From: a bacterium
Lineage (GTDB): Bacteria > Fidelibacterota > Fidelibacteria > Fidelibacterales > Fidelibacteraceae
DNA length: 64,000 nucleotides
Assembly: GCA_963676395.1 (NCBI GenBank)
Contig: OY781066.1
Span: forward strand, 800,001 to 864,000
Direction: 5' to 3'
A program made the translations under genes and the position numbers. Each line of letters opens with the position of its first letter. The first letter of the stretch is position 1. Below the pieces are notes generated by a model. It had not been told where the DNA came from and searched no databases. It worked only from the letters and a program-made list of their open reading frames with translations. Below are positions 33,390 to 44,474 of the stretch, piece by piece.

Positions 33390-34568
33390 TTAAAACAGCT
33401 CTACTTCAGACAAATGTTTAACCCCCAACTGACCAACATAGTTGATCACATCTGTACCACGCTTAAATTGATTATGACGGTATTTACTGTAATTATCATC
33501 TTCGGGGTTGAAACTTAAAATATTCACATCTCCTGCTTCGTGAATAAATTTACCATCTCCAATGTAAATACCAACATGTGTAATACGTTCTTTTCCATCA
33601 CGATCATAACCAAAAAATACCAGGTTACCGGGTTTTAGCTTATCAATTTCATCTTTTCCGACAGCTACTTCTTTGCCAACATGCACCTGTTGTGATGCAT
33701 CACGTGGGAGGTACACTCCGTGTAAAAACATCACGGTGCGAACAAAGCCGGAACAATCCAGCATTTTGGTTGATGTTCCACCCCAAAGATAAGGACGCCC
33801 CATAAAAGTATGACCTAGTTCAATCACAGATTCTGCTGTAGGTTTTGCATCTTTTAGCCATTCACTGTAATTGGCACAATCTTCTGCTTTTACATAACCT
33901 TCACGACCACCCGGATAGGCCACTTTAACATAATCACCTTCACGACCCAATTCTTTCAAAAATGATTTAGCGGTAATATCCGAAACCTTTGCCGATTTAC
34001 ATGAAGGTTCTTCATATACATATCCCATGTCTGCTAAATAAATGATCTTTTGTGCATCCTGCCATGCTTTAAATTCTTCTGCTGTCATAGCAGTATAAGC
34101 ACCCCGCTCTATCCATCCCAGGTATCCATCCGGTGTTTGAGCGTATCTATCTGATCCATTTTCATCAATCTTATACAGTTTAATGGGAGTTCCCAAAACA
34201 GCTTGAGTTGCCATTTCGGCGCGCGCCGAATGCTCAACACGAACATTGGCTACAGGTCTATCAATAACACCAAATATCTTACCTTCTAACTCGGCATCAG
34301 GTAAAACCCGCACTTTATTGGCCACCGTATACCCTTCTTTTTCCAAAGAAGTAACCAGTTTTAATAATCCGACATTTGTATTGATCTCACCTTCAAGTGT
34401 AACGGTCTTACCGCTCTGTTTGAATTCAATATCATAAACATTTACTCTTCGGTCGGGACAAAACTCTGCTTTCCCTTCTTTCAAGAATGCAGAAACCGGA
34501 CGCACCGGCACATCAGAACAAGAGATAAGCAATGCTAAACTCAAAACTACAAGTAAAATCTTTTTCAT
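33390..34568 (-). CDS. NlpC/P60 (C40) lipoprotein peptidase with SH3-like domains (gamma-D-Glu-mDAP peptidase-like)
   Basis: Lipobox LISC; PYLWGG..DCSG catalytic Cys; LPRDASQQ; HVGIY..FIH. Confidence 0.9.
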   Translation of the reverse strand: MKKILLVVLSLALLISCSDVPVRPVSAFLKEGKAEFCPDRRVNVYDIEFKQSGKTVTLEGEINTNVGLLKLVTSLEKEGYTVANKVRVLPDAELEGKIFGVIDRPVANVRVEHSARAEMATQAVLGTPIKLYKIDENGSDRYAQTPDGYLGWIERGAYTAMTAEEFKAWQDAQKIIYLADMGYVYEEPSCKSAKVSDITAKSFLKELGREGDYVKVAYPGGREGYVKAEDCANYSEWLKDAKPTAESVIELGHTFMGRPYLWGGTSTKMLDCSGFVRTVMFLHGVYLPRDASQQVHVGKEVAVGKDEIDKLKPGNLVFFGYDRDGKERITHVGIYIGDGKFIHEAGDVNILSFNPEDDNYSKYRHNQFKRGTDVINYVGQLGVKHLSEVELF

Positions 34569-34891
34569 AATTAGTCCTTATTTTACGTGGAATAATATAA
34601 GCAATGAACACGACAAAAGGCAAAACTAAAAAAAGCAAAGAGAATGATAGAATTAGATCAGCTTAATTTTTCCCGATTGAGTCAGCACAACAAAATATTT
34701 TAGAAAGGAAGTGCTATAAATTTCATTATATGATAGTCAACAAGCATCATCAACACACTTTATAAGCATATCAAAATAAAATATATTTCTTCTGCAATTT
34801 CATTTTCACATAAGCTCAAATCATAATTTGCTTTTCGACAAGCATTGTGTATATTCTCGCAGAGAATAAGATGAGTATGAAAGGAATCATA

Positions 34892-35905
34892 ATGAAAAGT
34901 AAGTTTAGCATATTAACTATTGTATACTTTGCTTTATTTAGCCTTGTTTATTCACAAGCTTTACCCGATATAGATGGATACAAAACCTTAAAATGTGATT
35001 TCCACACCCATACGGTATTTTCCGATGGTCTGGTTTGGCCGACAATTCGTGTTGATGAAGCAATAGACGAAGGATTAGATGCCATTGCGATCACCGATCA
35101 TATAGAATACCTTCCTCACAAGAAAATAATTTCAACCGATAAAAACATTTCTTCAGATATCGCAATTAAATACGGTAAAAAGAAAGGTATGATTGTCATT
35201 CATGGAACAGAAATCACCCGATGGATGCCACCCGGTCATTTCAATGCTCTATTCATCCAAGATGCAAACAAACTTGTACAAGATGATTTTTTAACGGTTG
35301 TCGAAGAAGCGGTTTCTCAAGGTGCCTTCATTCTATGGAATCATCCCGGCTGGAAAGTACATCAACCTGATGGTGTTGTACGCTGGTATGATGTGCATCA
35401 AACATTGATAGACCGCGGTTGGATGCACGGCATAGAGTTTTCCAATTATCATGAGTACTATACAACTGTGGCCGATCTGGCAAATGAACATGATCTCGCT
35501 TACTTTGCCAATTCCGATATTCACCACCTTATTAGCAAAATATTTTTACAAAAACACTCCCATCGCCCACTTACTTTGGTTTTCGCAGAAAAGAAAAATC
35601 AAGAAAGTATTCGCAAAGCGCTTTTCGAGAAAAGGACTATCGCTCTAACAGAAGATGATATTCTTGCCGGGCCGGAAAAACTGCTGAGTAATTTTATTGC
35701 AGCATGTCTTGACCATAAGATTGAAAACAAACAATTGCTGATTACAAATAAAGCAGAACTTCCCTTTATCTTAGAAGATAAAGACGGGAATATATTTAAA
35801 TTGGAACCACTCAGTACTTTAAGCATACCTTATAGCAAAGAGTGGATTATTAAAAACACATACATTAGTAAAAAGAAACACCTTTCATTGATATTCAATG
35901 TTTAA
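34892..35905 (+). CDS. Exported PHP-domain phosphoesterase
   Basis: DFHTHTVFSDG, ITDH, GHFNA, NHP and NSDIH metal ligands; signal peptide. Confidence 0.88.
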   Translation: MKSKFSILTIVYFALFSLVYSQALPDIDGYKTLKCDFHTHTVFSDGLVWPTIRVDEAIDEGLDAIAITDHIEYLPHKKIISTDKNISSDIAIKYGKKKGMIVIHGTEITRWMPPGHFNALFIQDANKLVQDDFLTVVEEAVSQGAFILWNHPGWKVHQPDGVVRWYDVHQTLIDRGWMHGIEFSNYHEYYTTVADLANEHDLAYFANSDIHHLISKIFLQKHSHRPLTLVFAEKKNQESIRKALFEKRTIALTEDDILAGPEKLLSNFIAACLDHKIENKQLLITNKAELPFILEDKDGNIFKLEPLSTLSIPYSKEWIIKNTYISKKKHLSLIFNV

Positions 35906-35998
35906 AGGAAGGATGTATAAATATAGAGGCTAGACTTTTATCTTGCATTGTGACAAAGTAAGGCTTATCTTCTCGCAAATTTGAAAAAGAGGTACAAA

Positions 35999-36391
35999 TT
36001 GAGTTCTTTTAATCAACTACTATGCCCAAACTGTGGTGAACCCCTAAATGAAAAGCTTTTGAGCAAACGATTGTTTTGCCCACATTGTAAAACGAATTTA
36101 AAAAATGATATATACATTGATTTTCTTGAATACATCGTAGAACAAGGTATCGTTGACAATGTGGATTTTTTTGATCAGTCACTTTTCGGAGGTGATTTCT
36201 TGAAATATGAAATCAACGAAATGGACGGAGAACATGATATAGCCGATGTGGAAAATGATAATCCACAAGATTTTCTTGATGGCAATATGATCTCTATTGA
36301 AGATGAATTTATTGCCGATATCGAACCAGCCAATGGTGCTCAAGATGATTATGCGGTATTTGAAGTAAACGAGAGTGAAGATGAAGACTGA
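35999..36391 (+). CDS. Hypothetical zinc-ribbon protein with an acidic C-terminus
   Basis: CPNC...CPHC; D/E-rich tail. Probable TTG start after GAGG. Confidence 0.65.
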   Translation: MSSFNQLLCPNCGEPLNEKLLSKRLFCPHCKTNLKNDIYIDFLEYIVEQGIVDNVDFFDQSLFGGDFLKYEINEMDGEHDIADVENDNPQDFLDGNMISIEDEFIADIEPANGAQDDYAVFEVNESEDED

Positions 36392-36707
36392 CAATAAAGA
36401 ACAAAAACGGATTGAAATCAACATCAATCAAAAAACTGCACAAGGCAAGTATGCCAATTTGCAGATCGTTACACACAGTCCCAGTGAATTCATTCTGGAT
36501 TTCGCGCAAATGCTTCCCGGCCTGCCAAAAGCAGAAGTGGTTTCAAGATTGATCTTATCTCCTCAGCATGCCAAGGCATTAATGAAAACCTTGTCGGCCA
36601 ATGTTGCCCGCTACGAACAAAATTTTGGTGAGATCAAAGAGCCTCAGCATCCCGGCCAACCTCAATTACAATTCCAGGCTGAAAAAAAAGATGAGGTAAT
36701 TAACTAG
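36375..36707 (+). CDS. DUF3467-family protein
   Basis: GKYANL..HSPSEFILDF..SRLILSPQHAKAL..YEQNFGEI. Confidence 0.85.
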   Translation: MKMKTDNKEQKRIEININQKTAQGKYANLQIVTHSPSEFILDFAQMLPGLPKAEVVSRLILSPQHAKALMKTLSANVARYEQNFGEIKEPQHPGQPQLQFQAEKKDEVIN

Positions 36708-36741
36708 CTCAACCGGTAAGCCAAAAGAAAAATCAAAATGT

Positions 36742-36769
36742 GACCCGAAAATATCGGGTCTTTTTTTTT
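36742..36769 (+). terminator. Rho-independent terminator
   Basis: gacccga-aaata-tcgggtc followed by T9. Confidence 0.85.
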
Positions 36770-36858
36770 AATAATAGTATTCTTTGAATAAATATAATCG
36801 TATCAAAATTCACAGAAGTCAAGCATAGTCGGCCCGATTTAATTATTCAGATAAAGTA

Positions 36859-38622
36859 TCAAAAGATATAATTAAATCGCAAAGTTCCGGACTGATTGTA
36901 CACTCTTGCCATACTACGTTGATTGATCTGCTCCAATCGATAATTCAGCGTAAGAAAATTTGATAATCTCAAAGAAATCATTCCCCCAAGGCGTAAAGAC
37001 CTGTTACTTTCTTCTCTGTCTTCTATATCACTATATCGAAAATCTTGACGAAAAGAAAAAACCGGGCCGACCATGATTTGGTGACGACCTTTTTGATATC
37101 CCGGTGCCAATTCTAATTTAATAGTAAATTTCGAATCGGTTATTTCCTGAATAAAATCATCCCAATCCAATAACCCATTATCTTCCACACGCAAAAACAT
37201 GTAAGAGTTAACGAACCATCTCGCATTGAAATGATACTTGATATTCTGCTGTAATTTCAATCCACGAAATACCATGGACTGTACATGCACAAAGGCTGAA
37301 TCCTCATGATCATATACAAAATAATTGGCATATAACTCTTGTTTTGCATTCCAAGAAAGTTTACCGGGTATATTTGTACTGATATCTGACCGGATCGAAA
37401 ACACACGATTCCAATGATTCTGCGCGGAGCGCTGGTGAAATAAATAAACATAATGATGTAAGAACGCATTGGCACTCAGCGATAATCTTGTATGCTCATC
37501 AATACGGTGTTGCCACACCGGAGAAAAAGAATAGCTCAATTCATCTCGATCATCGTAATTGTTTGTATCGGGTGTATCATAATAAAGCAAAGAGCCAAGA
37601 TAGTTGAAACGAATACTGTCTTTATCGGAAATACGCCATCCCAACTTCGCTAGCACCCTATTCTTGTTAAACAAATAATCTGAAGGTAATGATATATTCT
37701 CATTACTAGCTACGGTTCTACTTTGTTTATAATCATTGATCCACCCTACTGTTGCACGAAATTTACCCTGTTTAGCTATAACGCGAACATCATTTTGTAA
37801 ACCTAAAAACTGGCGAGTCCGGATTTCCTTTTTATCATAGTATAAAAAACTCAAGCCATCATTAGATGAAGTAAAATCAACCTTATAATCCAGGACAAAG
37901 CCCTCTGCAATAGGATAATATAACCTGTTTCGCAAATAGGTAGAGATATTAAGTCGTTCTTCCGTATCTGCTTCGCGAGATACATAATACTCACGGTTAT
38001 ATGCCTTTATCCCTGCTGAAAACACATTTCGCACAGGTGAATCTTTTGCCAAATGAAAGGACACACGATTATCAAAGGTATAGTTTCGCCTGTCACCCAT
38101 TTGAGAATAATCCCAATCCAAATTAGGATAGATCAACAGATCCGGCTCAGCTCTATGCAACGATATGCCGGCATAACTCCCCATGTCCCTAATACCTAAA
38201 CGTGTTTCTCCTGCATAACCACTTTGCAAACTAATGGAATACCTTTTACTTTTAAGCTTGGCTTTTAAGCCTAATCTACCTTGATTATAATCATATGCAT
38301 GCGATGTTTGTCCATCTCTAAAATCAAAATATCTTCCTGCAAAACCCATCATCACCGAAGGCGAAAAGATATATAGCACATCAGCGGAAATTTCACTTTG
38401 CGTTTTAAGTTTTGAGGTTTCGCTATAAATAGATGATGCATTTGAAATATGATTATATAAGCAAAACTTACCAAGTTCCTGATGAAAACGATTTTTCGCA
38501 CCAAATTGATAATAATGATTTAACTGATTTGCATATACCATTGTGGTATCAGCGGCAAAAGCCGAATATCCCAACGCAAGGAATAATGAGATAACCGCTA
38601 AGATTTTTAATGGTTTTAGCAT
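36859..38622 (-). CDS. Hypothetical outer-membrane beta-barrel protein
   Basis: Signal peptide from M at 38622; alternating aromatic beta-strands; C-terminal ...LRFNYIF Phe. Confidence 0.65.
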   Translation of the reverse strand: MLKPLKILAVISLFLALGYSAFAADTTMVYANQLNHYYQFGAKNRFHQELGKFCLYNHISNASSIYSETSKLKTQSEISADVLYIFSPSVMMGFAGRYFDFRDGQTSHAYDYNQGRLGLKAKLKSKRYSISLQSGYAGETRLGIRDMGSYAGISLHRAEPDLLIYPNLDWDYSQMGDRRNYTFDNRVSFHLAKDSPVRNVFSAGIKAYNREYYVSREADTEERLNISTYLRNRLYYPIAEGFVLDYKVDFTSSNDGLSFLYYDKKEIRTRQFLGLQNDVRVIAKQGKFRATVGWINDYKQSRTVASNENISLPSDYLFNKNRVLAKLGWRISDKDSIRFNYLGSLLYYDTPDTNNYDDRDELSYSFSPVWQHRIDEHTRLSLSANAFLHHYVYLFHQRSAQNHWNRVFSIRSDISTNIPGKLSWNAKQELYANYFVYDHEDSAFVHVQSMVFRGLKLQQNIKYHFNARWFVNSYMFLRVEDNGLLDWDDFIQEITDSKFTIKLELAPGYQKGRHQIMVGPVFSFRQDFRYSDIEDREESNRSLRLGGMISLRLSNFLTLNYRLEQINQRSMARVYNQSGTLRFNYIF

Positions 38623-38718
38623 GGGTAAAAATATGGATATTTGAGGTGTGTGGCAAATGAAAACACTTGAACGGAGCCAGTTCAAAAACATGCTTCTAAT
38701 TTAAACCGTCAAAATTGC

Positions 38719-39495
38719 TCAATGAACCTTTCTTAACTCAAAACCATCATCATCCATATAAGCATAGGTCCAATGATGAATCCAGTCTCCTAGAATAACA
38801 GCTTTCTTGCCATTATCATCGCTTATAAAAGGAGCATGAACGTGCCCTGATATGGCATAATTATATTCTCGTGCAATCTTTAACGAAAGGTATTCTTTCA
38901 TCTGCTCTACATATTTCAAAGGAGTTGAAGGTATCTCATCATGTTTTCGATTATAATGTGACACCTTTTCTCCAAGTTTATAGATCCACTTAATCGGTAG
39001 CAGTTTCAGCAATCCTATCGCCCACCAAGAACGCATGATCTTTCTTGCTATGTAAGATAGCCTGTTTTCTAAAATCACACCATCACCATGGTGCATAAAA
39101 AAGCGTTCTCCCTTAAACTCAAACGCCAAAGCATTTGGATAAAATCGTATGCCTACATTATTTGTGAGATAACCTTTGATCCAATAATCATGATTTCCGG
39201 CTATATAATGAATTTCTATACCGTCATGGACTAAGGTAGACATCAATTCAACAACAGGTCTTAATATCTCGGGGATATATGCATTTTTATCAAACCAAAA
39301 ATCAAAAAAATCACCAAGTATAAAAAGTGTCCCCCTACTTTCATGAACTTCTTGAAGAAGATCCAATACATATTTTAATCGCTTGTCTTGCTCCATATCA
39401 GAACAGGTCGATAAATGGATATCAGATAAAAAATAAAAAGGAAAAACCAAACGTCGTGAGCAAATGGTTGAAATTTCATAAGGATCTTTGTTCAT
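38719..39495 (-). CDS. lpxH: UDP-2,3-diacylglucosamine diphosphatase
   Basis: SDIHL, LGDFFDFW, GNHD, HHGD, GHVH, LGDW. Confidence 0.85.
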   Translation of the reverse strand: MNKDPYEISTICSRRLVFPFYFLSDIHLSTCSDMEQDKRLKYVLDLLQEVHESRGTLFILGDFFDFWFDKNAYIPEILRPVVELMSTLVHDGIEIHYIAGNHDYWIKGYLTNNVGIRFYPNALAFEFKGERFFMHHGDGVILENRLSYIARKIMRSWWAIGLLKLLPIKWIYKLGEKVSHYNRKHDEIPSTPLKYVEQMKEYLSLKIAREYNYAISGHVHAPFISDDNGKKAVILGDWIHHWTYAYMDDDGFELRKVH

Positions 39496-39498
39496 GTT

Positions 39499-40956
39499 TT
39501 ATTTAGCACGTCCGCTTTCTTCGGTAAGCTTTGTAAACTTTTGAGTTAATTCATTTGAGGGTTCAAAGGTATCTAACTGCCATATCCAGTTATCAATGAT
39601 AGTACCCGGAAGGTTCATTCTGGCAGTACCATCCAATCCAAAGAGATCCTGAACTGGTGTGACTGCCCATTCGGCAGATGAATACAATGACATCTCGGTC
39701 ATCTTCCATGCAACTGTCTCAGCATTACATTCAAAATAGTTTGCCAAAAATTGTTTTTCTTCATTCGTCGCTTTTTCATACCAGCCTCGCACGGTATCAT
39801 TATCATGCGTGCCGGTATATACAACAAATCTATCATTCGTATCGTAATTATCAGGAAGAAAATCATTTCCCGGACCACTATTAAATGCAAACTGTAATAT
39901 TTTCATTCCGGGATAATTGAATTCTTGTCTTAAAGCTGTGACATCAGGAGTAATTACTCCCAGATCCTCAGCAATAATATCTAAAACAGGGATCCTTTCA
40001 TGAAGCACCCTAAAAACATCTGAACGAGGTCCGTCCACCCATTCTCCGACCTCAGCGGTAGCAGCACCATACTCAACTTCATAAGCCGCACAAAAACCAC
40101 GAAAATGATCGATACGAAGAATATCGGCGTGGATATTGCCAACCAGAGTACGCTGATACCACCATTCGTAATTCTCTTCTTTCATTCTTTGCCAATTATA
40201 ATGCGGCTGTGCCCATAACTGGCCGGTAGTCGTAAACACATCGGGTGGCACTCCGGTCCACACCAAAGGATATCCTTTTTCGTCCAATTTAAAAAGATCT
40301 CTATGCGCCCAGACATCTGAAGAATCACCTGAAATAAAGATTGGGATATCACCAATAACACGAATCCCCTTATCATTGGCATATTGTTTCAATTCTGTCC
40401 ATTGGGAAAATAAAATAAACTGCTCAAACTTAAATTGCAGTACTGCATCCGCTTGATTCATTTTCCATTTTTCCAAAGAGATATCGTGGCGATCTCGTAA
40501 ACCTACCGGGAAATCATACCAAGTATTCTGAAAATATTCATGTATGGTCATAAATAAAGCTGCATCTTCAAGCCAGTATTCATGCTTCTTGCAAAAAGTC
40601 TCAAAATCATTTTTATTTTTGCTTTCTTTCCAATTATTATATGCCATACGAAATGATTCTTCTTTCACATTATATGCATGCTCACTAAGATAATACCAAT
40701 CATCATCACTCAAATAACCTTGTTCTTTAAGCTTCTCAGGTGATACATAATCCGAACATATGGCATTTGCCGACAAAGAAGTGTATGGTGACCCCGTTTC
40801 ATCCGGAAAAGTTAAAGGCAGTATCTGCCAAAGTGATTGCTTTGTCTTATCAAGCCAATCCACAAATTTATAAGCTTCAGGACCAAAATCACCTTTCCCC
40901 CATTTATTCGGAAGAGAGGTAACGTGCATTAATACACCGGAAAGACGCTGAGACAT
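39499..40956 (-). CDS. malQ: 4-alpha-glucanotransferase (GH77)
   Basis: WQILPL, GDIPIF, RIDHFRG, AEDLG, YTGTHDNDT, RMNLPG. Confidence 0.96.
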   Translation of the reverse strand: MSQRLSGVLMHVTSLPNKWGKGDFGPEAYKFVDWLDKTKQSLWQILPLTFPDETGSPYTSLSANAICSDYVSPEKLKEQGYLSDDDWYYLSEHAYNVKEESFRMAYNNWKESKNKNDFETFCKKHEYWLEDAALFMTIHEYFQNTWYDFPVGLRDRHDISLEKWKMNQADAVLQFKFEQFILFSQWTELKQYANDKGIRVIGDIPIFISGDSSDVWAHRDLFKLDEKGYPLVWTGVPPDVFTTTGQLWAQPHYNWQRMKEENYEWWYQRTLVGNIHADILRIDHFRGFCAAYEVEYGAATAEVGEWVDGPRSDVFRVLHERIPVLDIIAEDLGVITPDVTALRQEFNYPGMKILQFAFNSGPGNDFLPDNYDTNDRFVVYTGTHDNDTVRGWYEKATNEEKQFLANYFECNAETVAWKMTEMSLYSSAEWAVTPVQDLFGLDGTARMNLPGTIIDNWIWQLDTFEPSNELTQKFTKLTEESGRAK

Positions 40957-40965
40957 ATATTCCTC

Positions 40966-41352
40966 TTAAATCAAATTTTTAATATCAATTTTTATCTTAT
41001 ACAATAAATTTTTCCAATCGATCAATGACATATTATAATCCCAATGTTCATTTAACAGATCCTCTGGTGTATCATGAAATATGCGTTGAACCATGGTTGC
41101 GATCAAAATAACATCATCAACATAATTGACAAGCTGCAATGGGAATCGCTTTATACTTCTAAGCTTTAGATTGATCGGTAAGATCAGATACAAAGCTGTA
41201 CCACCGATCCACCATTTTACCTCACGAGGAGTACGCGAATCCCGCATCAGCCTATAAAACATTTTTAATAAAGCAGGAACACCTTTTGCAATCTCTTTTA
41301 AAGCCTCTTTGGTCGAAATCTCCAATGGATACGAAAGTTTTTCTCTTTCCAT
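40966..41352 (-). CDS. YkvA/DUF1232-family membrane protein
   Basis: D.RTP..VK....ALYLILP...YVDD pattern. Start reassigned to ATG 41352. Confidence 0.7.
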   Translation of the reverse strand: MEREKLSYPLEISTKEALKEIAKGVPALLKMFYRLMRDSRTPREVKWWIGGTALYLILPINLKLRSIKRFPLQLVNYVDDVILIATMVQRIFHDTPEDLLNEHWDYNMSLIDWKNLLYKIKIDIKNLI

Positions 41353-41353
41353 A

Positions 41354-42718
41354 TTACACCTCTGGTATTGCTTTCTTTTCAATTTTCCTAATGTCAAATG
41401 TCAACCAGGTATAAGCGATGACCGCCGACAAGAAGGAAGAAATCACCTGAGCCATGAACACACCATCCAGCCCCATGTTCAATACACGAGTGAACAGAAG
41501 TGCCAAAGGCAAAATGATAACAATAATTCGGAATGTTGTAATCAATAATCCCGGCATTCCTTTACCGAATCCTTGAAATACCCTACCCGATATCATGCCA
41601 ACTACAATAAATGGATAAGCAAATACCGTATATCGCACATAAGTGCTTCCCATTAGAACGACAGAGGGATCCTCGGTAAATATTTTCATAAAATACGGAG
41701 CAATAAAGTAAAAAACCAAACCAAAAGACAGGGCAAATATCTCACCCCACTTGACTACGAATAGCCATGTTGGCCGAATAAGATCCACACGTTTTGCTCC
41801 AAATAGCATACCAACCAAGGTAACAAGTGATGAAGATAAAGCCATAATCGGCATAAAGAACAATTGGTCCAGTCGCATACCTATACCGACCGCAGCAACG
41901 GCATTAGATCCAAAATAGACAACAATACGATTATATAGCATTTGTCCAAAGGACATGATTACGAAAGACAAGGAAGCCGGCAAGCCGATCTTAACGGTTG
42001 TACCAAGGATCTCCCAGGAAAATTTAAAATCAGAGAATTTAAATTGTACCAAACTATCTTTCTTTACGAAAAAGAACACAGCATATAATAACGTAACAAG
42101 CATTTGAGCCGTAATAGTTGCCCATGCCGCACCGGCGATTCCCAGATCTAACACAAAAATAAAAATAGGGTCTAAAGCAATATTAACGATAGTCCCGATA
42201 ACAGCAAATCGCACAGGAGTTTTAACATCTCCCTCACCTGAAAGAATTGAGCGGAAGAAAACACCTAAAATATTAAAAACAAAGCCAAACACAATAACTT
42301 CAAAATACTTAACGGCTAAATCAATGATATTCGCAGGTGCACCTAGAAGCTCAAAAATAGGATACCTAAAAATGATACTTAAGCCTGAGATAAACAAACC
42401 AAGGACAATTCCCATAAACACGGCATGTTCGGCCGCATTGTTTGCTCGATGTGAATCTTTAGCGCCTAAGGCCTGAGAAATGATCGCTGTGATACCTATC
42501 CCTAACCCAAAACAAATTGAGATCGCAAAAAATACAAAAGGCAAATTAAACTGCATAGCTGCTATAGCATCTTCAGATATTTTACTAACAAAAAAAGTAT
42601 CGGTTAGATTGTATAAATACTGAACCATCATTCCCAGCAATACGGGAAGCGTTAAACTCCATACCGCCTTCTTGGGATTATCTATATATTTTTGAACTCG
42701 TTGTAATTTTTCTGACAT
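41354..42718 (-). CDS. MATE-family efflux transporter
   Basis: 12-TM pattern; LYNLTDTFFV, NIALDPIFIF, GIAGAAWAT. Confidence 0.93.
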   Translation of the reverse strand: MSEKLQRVQKYIDNPKKAVWSLTLPVLLGMMVQYLYNLTDTFFVSKISEDAIAAMQFNLPFVFFAISICFGLGIGITAIISQALGAKDSHRANNAAEHAVFMGIVLGLFISGLSIIFRYPIFELLGAPANIIDLAVKYFEVIVFGFVFNILGVFFRSILSGEGDVKTPVRFAVIGTIVNIALDPIFIFVLDLGIAGAAWATITAQMLVTLLYAVFFFVKKDSLVQFKFSDFKFSWEILGTTVKIGLPASLSFVIMSFGQMLYNRIVVYFGSNAVAAVGIGMRLDQLFFMPIMALSSSLVTLVGMLFGAKRVDLIRPTWLFVVKWGEIFALSFGLVFYFIAPYFMKIFTEDPSVVLMGSTYVRYTVFAYPFIVVGMISGRVFQGFGKGMPGLLITTFRIIVIILPLALLFTRVLNMGLDGVFMAQVISSFLSAVIAYTWLTFDIRKIEKKAIPEV

Positions 42719-42951
42719 GTTTTTCCTTTTCAGTGAGTTACGAAGATAATTAATTTGGTCTCGAAATGAAAATGTTTTGTTGTGTTGATTCCAACCTTCC
42801 GACTGCCTGATAGTTGTTTATTTCGGCTCGTCAATCTTTTTATAATTCTTGGAAATAACCGATTTATGTTTTAACTCAGTCGGTATTTTTACCCTGCCTC
42901 CTTCATTTTATCATGTGCTACCACCTTGCAATACTTTTTTAAAGTAAAAAC

Positions 42952-42982
42952 AAAATAGCCTTGGATCGCAACCCAAGGCTAT
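42952..42982 (-). terminator. Terminator downstream of trkH
   Basis: Minus strand reads atagccttggg...ccaaggctatttt. Confidence 0.7.
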
Positions 42983-43005
42983 CACATAAAATATTAAAGA
43001 ATGAT

Positions 43006-44463
43006 TTAGTGTATTTTTTTAGGATTAAACAAATAATGAACCATGATTAAAACCGAAAAAAGCTCTAATCTTCCTAATAACATGCTAAAGCTTAGAACCA
43101 GCTTGGAAATATTATCGAAAAAAGCATAGTTCTCAATGGCTCCCACTCGGGCAAGTCCCGGACCAATATTACTCAAGGTGGCAACCGATGCCGAAAATGA
43201 GGTAACAATATCATAGCCCCTGAATGTCAGAAACAAATTGATAGCAGCAAATAATCCGATAAAAAGTATAATAAATGCAATCACATTTTTCATAACACTT
43301 TCCTGGACCTTGTCTTTACCGATCTTAAGTGAAAAAACAGCATTGGGGTAGGTGATCTTTCTAATCTCTTTTACAACGAATTTTCCACCGATCATTATAC
43401 GAATCTGTTTCATACCTCCACCCGTTGATCCGGCACAACCACCTACGAACATTAAAAGGATCAAAATGATCTTGGTAAATGTGGGCCATAATTCAAAATT
43501 GGCGGTACAATATCCTGTAGTAGTTACAATTGAAACAACTTGAAAAGAAGCATAACGCAGAGCTGATCCGACATTATAACCAAGATTTGAATTTATAATA
43601 CTGATAGTGATCAGCAATATTGCAATAAGCACCATCGAAAGATAAAATTGCCATTCCCTGTTTTTAATCACTTCTTTTAAACGACCTTGAATGAGAAAAA
43701 AATGTAAAGCAAAGTTGGTGCCTGCCAAAAACATAAAAACAAGAATAACCATCTCAATGTATAAACTATTAAATCCCGCAACAGAAGCATTCAATGTTGA
43801 GAATCCACCGGTTGCAAGTGTTCCAAATGTATGGCAAAGCGCGTTATAAAGATCCATGCCACCAAACATCAGAAAAACGGTTTCCATAACGGTTAAGCCA
43901 ATATATATAAGCCATAGGATCCTGGCCGTATCTTTGATCTTTGGACTAATTTTATCTTTTGTCGGACCGGGGACCTCTGCTCGAAACAACTGCGTAGAAC
44001 TTAATCCCAATGCAGGCAGAATAATAATAGTCAGTAAAATAATCCCCATTCCACCCAACCAGTGAGTTAAACTTCTCCAAAAAAGTATACCCTTGGGAAC
44101 AATTTCTATGTTGGTCAGGACTGTTGCTCCGGTTGTTGTAAAACCCGACATTGTTTCAAACACACAATCAACAAAGTTTCCATCGAACACACCTTGGAAA
44201 TAAAATGGGAGCGCACCGAAAATGGTAGCAAACACCCATCCCAAAGACACAATAACAAAGCCTTCGCGAGTTCGCAGCGGCTTGGTCGAATGAAAACTTA
44301 GCATCATGATAAGCCCTACTGCCAAAGTTATTAAAATACTCCACACCAGTGCCATTGCGTCACCGGATCCATAGTACAAAGAGAATAGCAAGGGCAAACA
44401 CATTGACACAGCAATGACAATAAGAACAATTCCAAGAATTTTAAAGATCGCTTTCCAGTTCAT
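43006..44463 (-). CDS. trkH: Trk potassium uptake membrane subunit
   Basis: SGFTTTG, WLGGMG, ATGGFS, GSTGGG, NIGPG, GRLE pore motifs. Confidence 0.96.
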   Translation of the reverse strand: MNWKAIFKILGIVLIVIAVSMCLPLLFSLYYGSGDAMALVWSILITLAVGLIMMLSFHSTKPLRTREGFVIVSLGWVFATIFGALPFYFQGVFDGNFVDCVFETMSGFTTTGATVLTNIEIVPKGILFWRSLTHWLGGMGIILLTIIILPALGLSSTQLFRAEVPGPTKDKISPKIKDTARILWLIYIGLTVMETVFLMFGGMDLYNALCHTFGTLATGGFSTLNASVAGFNSLYIEMVILVFMFLAGTNFALHFFLIQGRLKEVIKNREWQFYLSMVLIAILLITISIINSNLGYNVGSALRYASFQVVSIVTTTGYCTANFELWPTFTKIILILLMFVGGCAGSTGGGMKQIRIMIGGKFVVKEIRKITYPNAVFSLKIGKDKVQESVMKNVIAFIILFIGLFAAINLFLTFRGYDIVTSFSASVATLSNIGPGLARVGAIENYAFFDNISKLVLSFSMLLGRLELFSVLIMVHYLFNPKKIH

Positions 44464-44474
44464 TTATATCCCTG

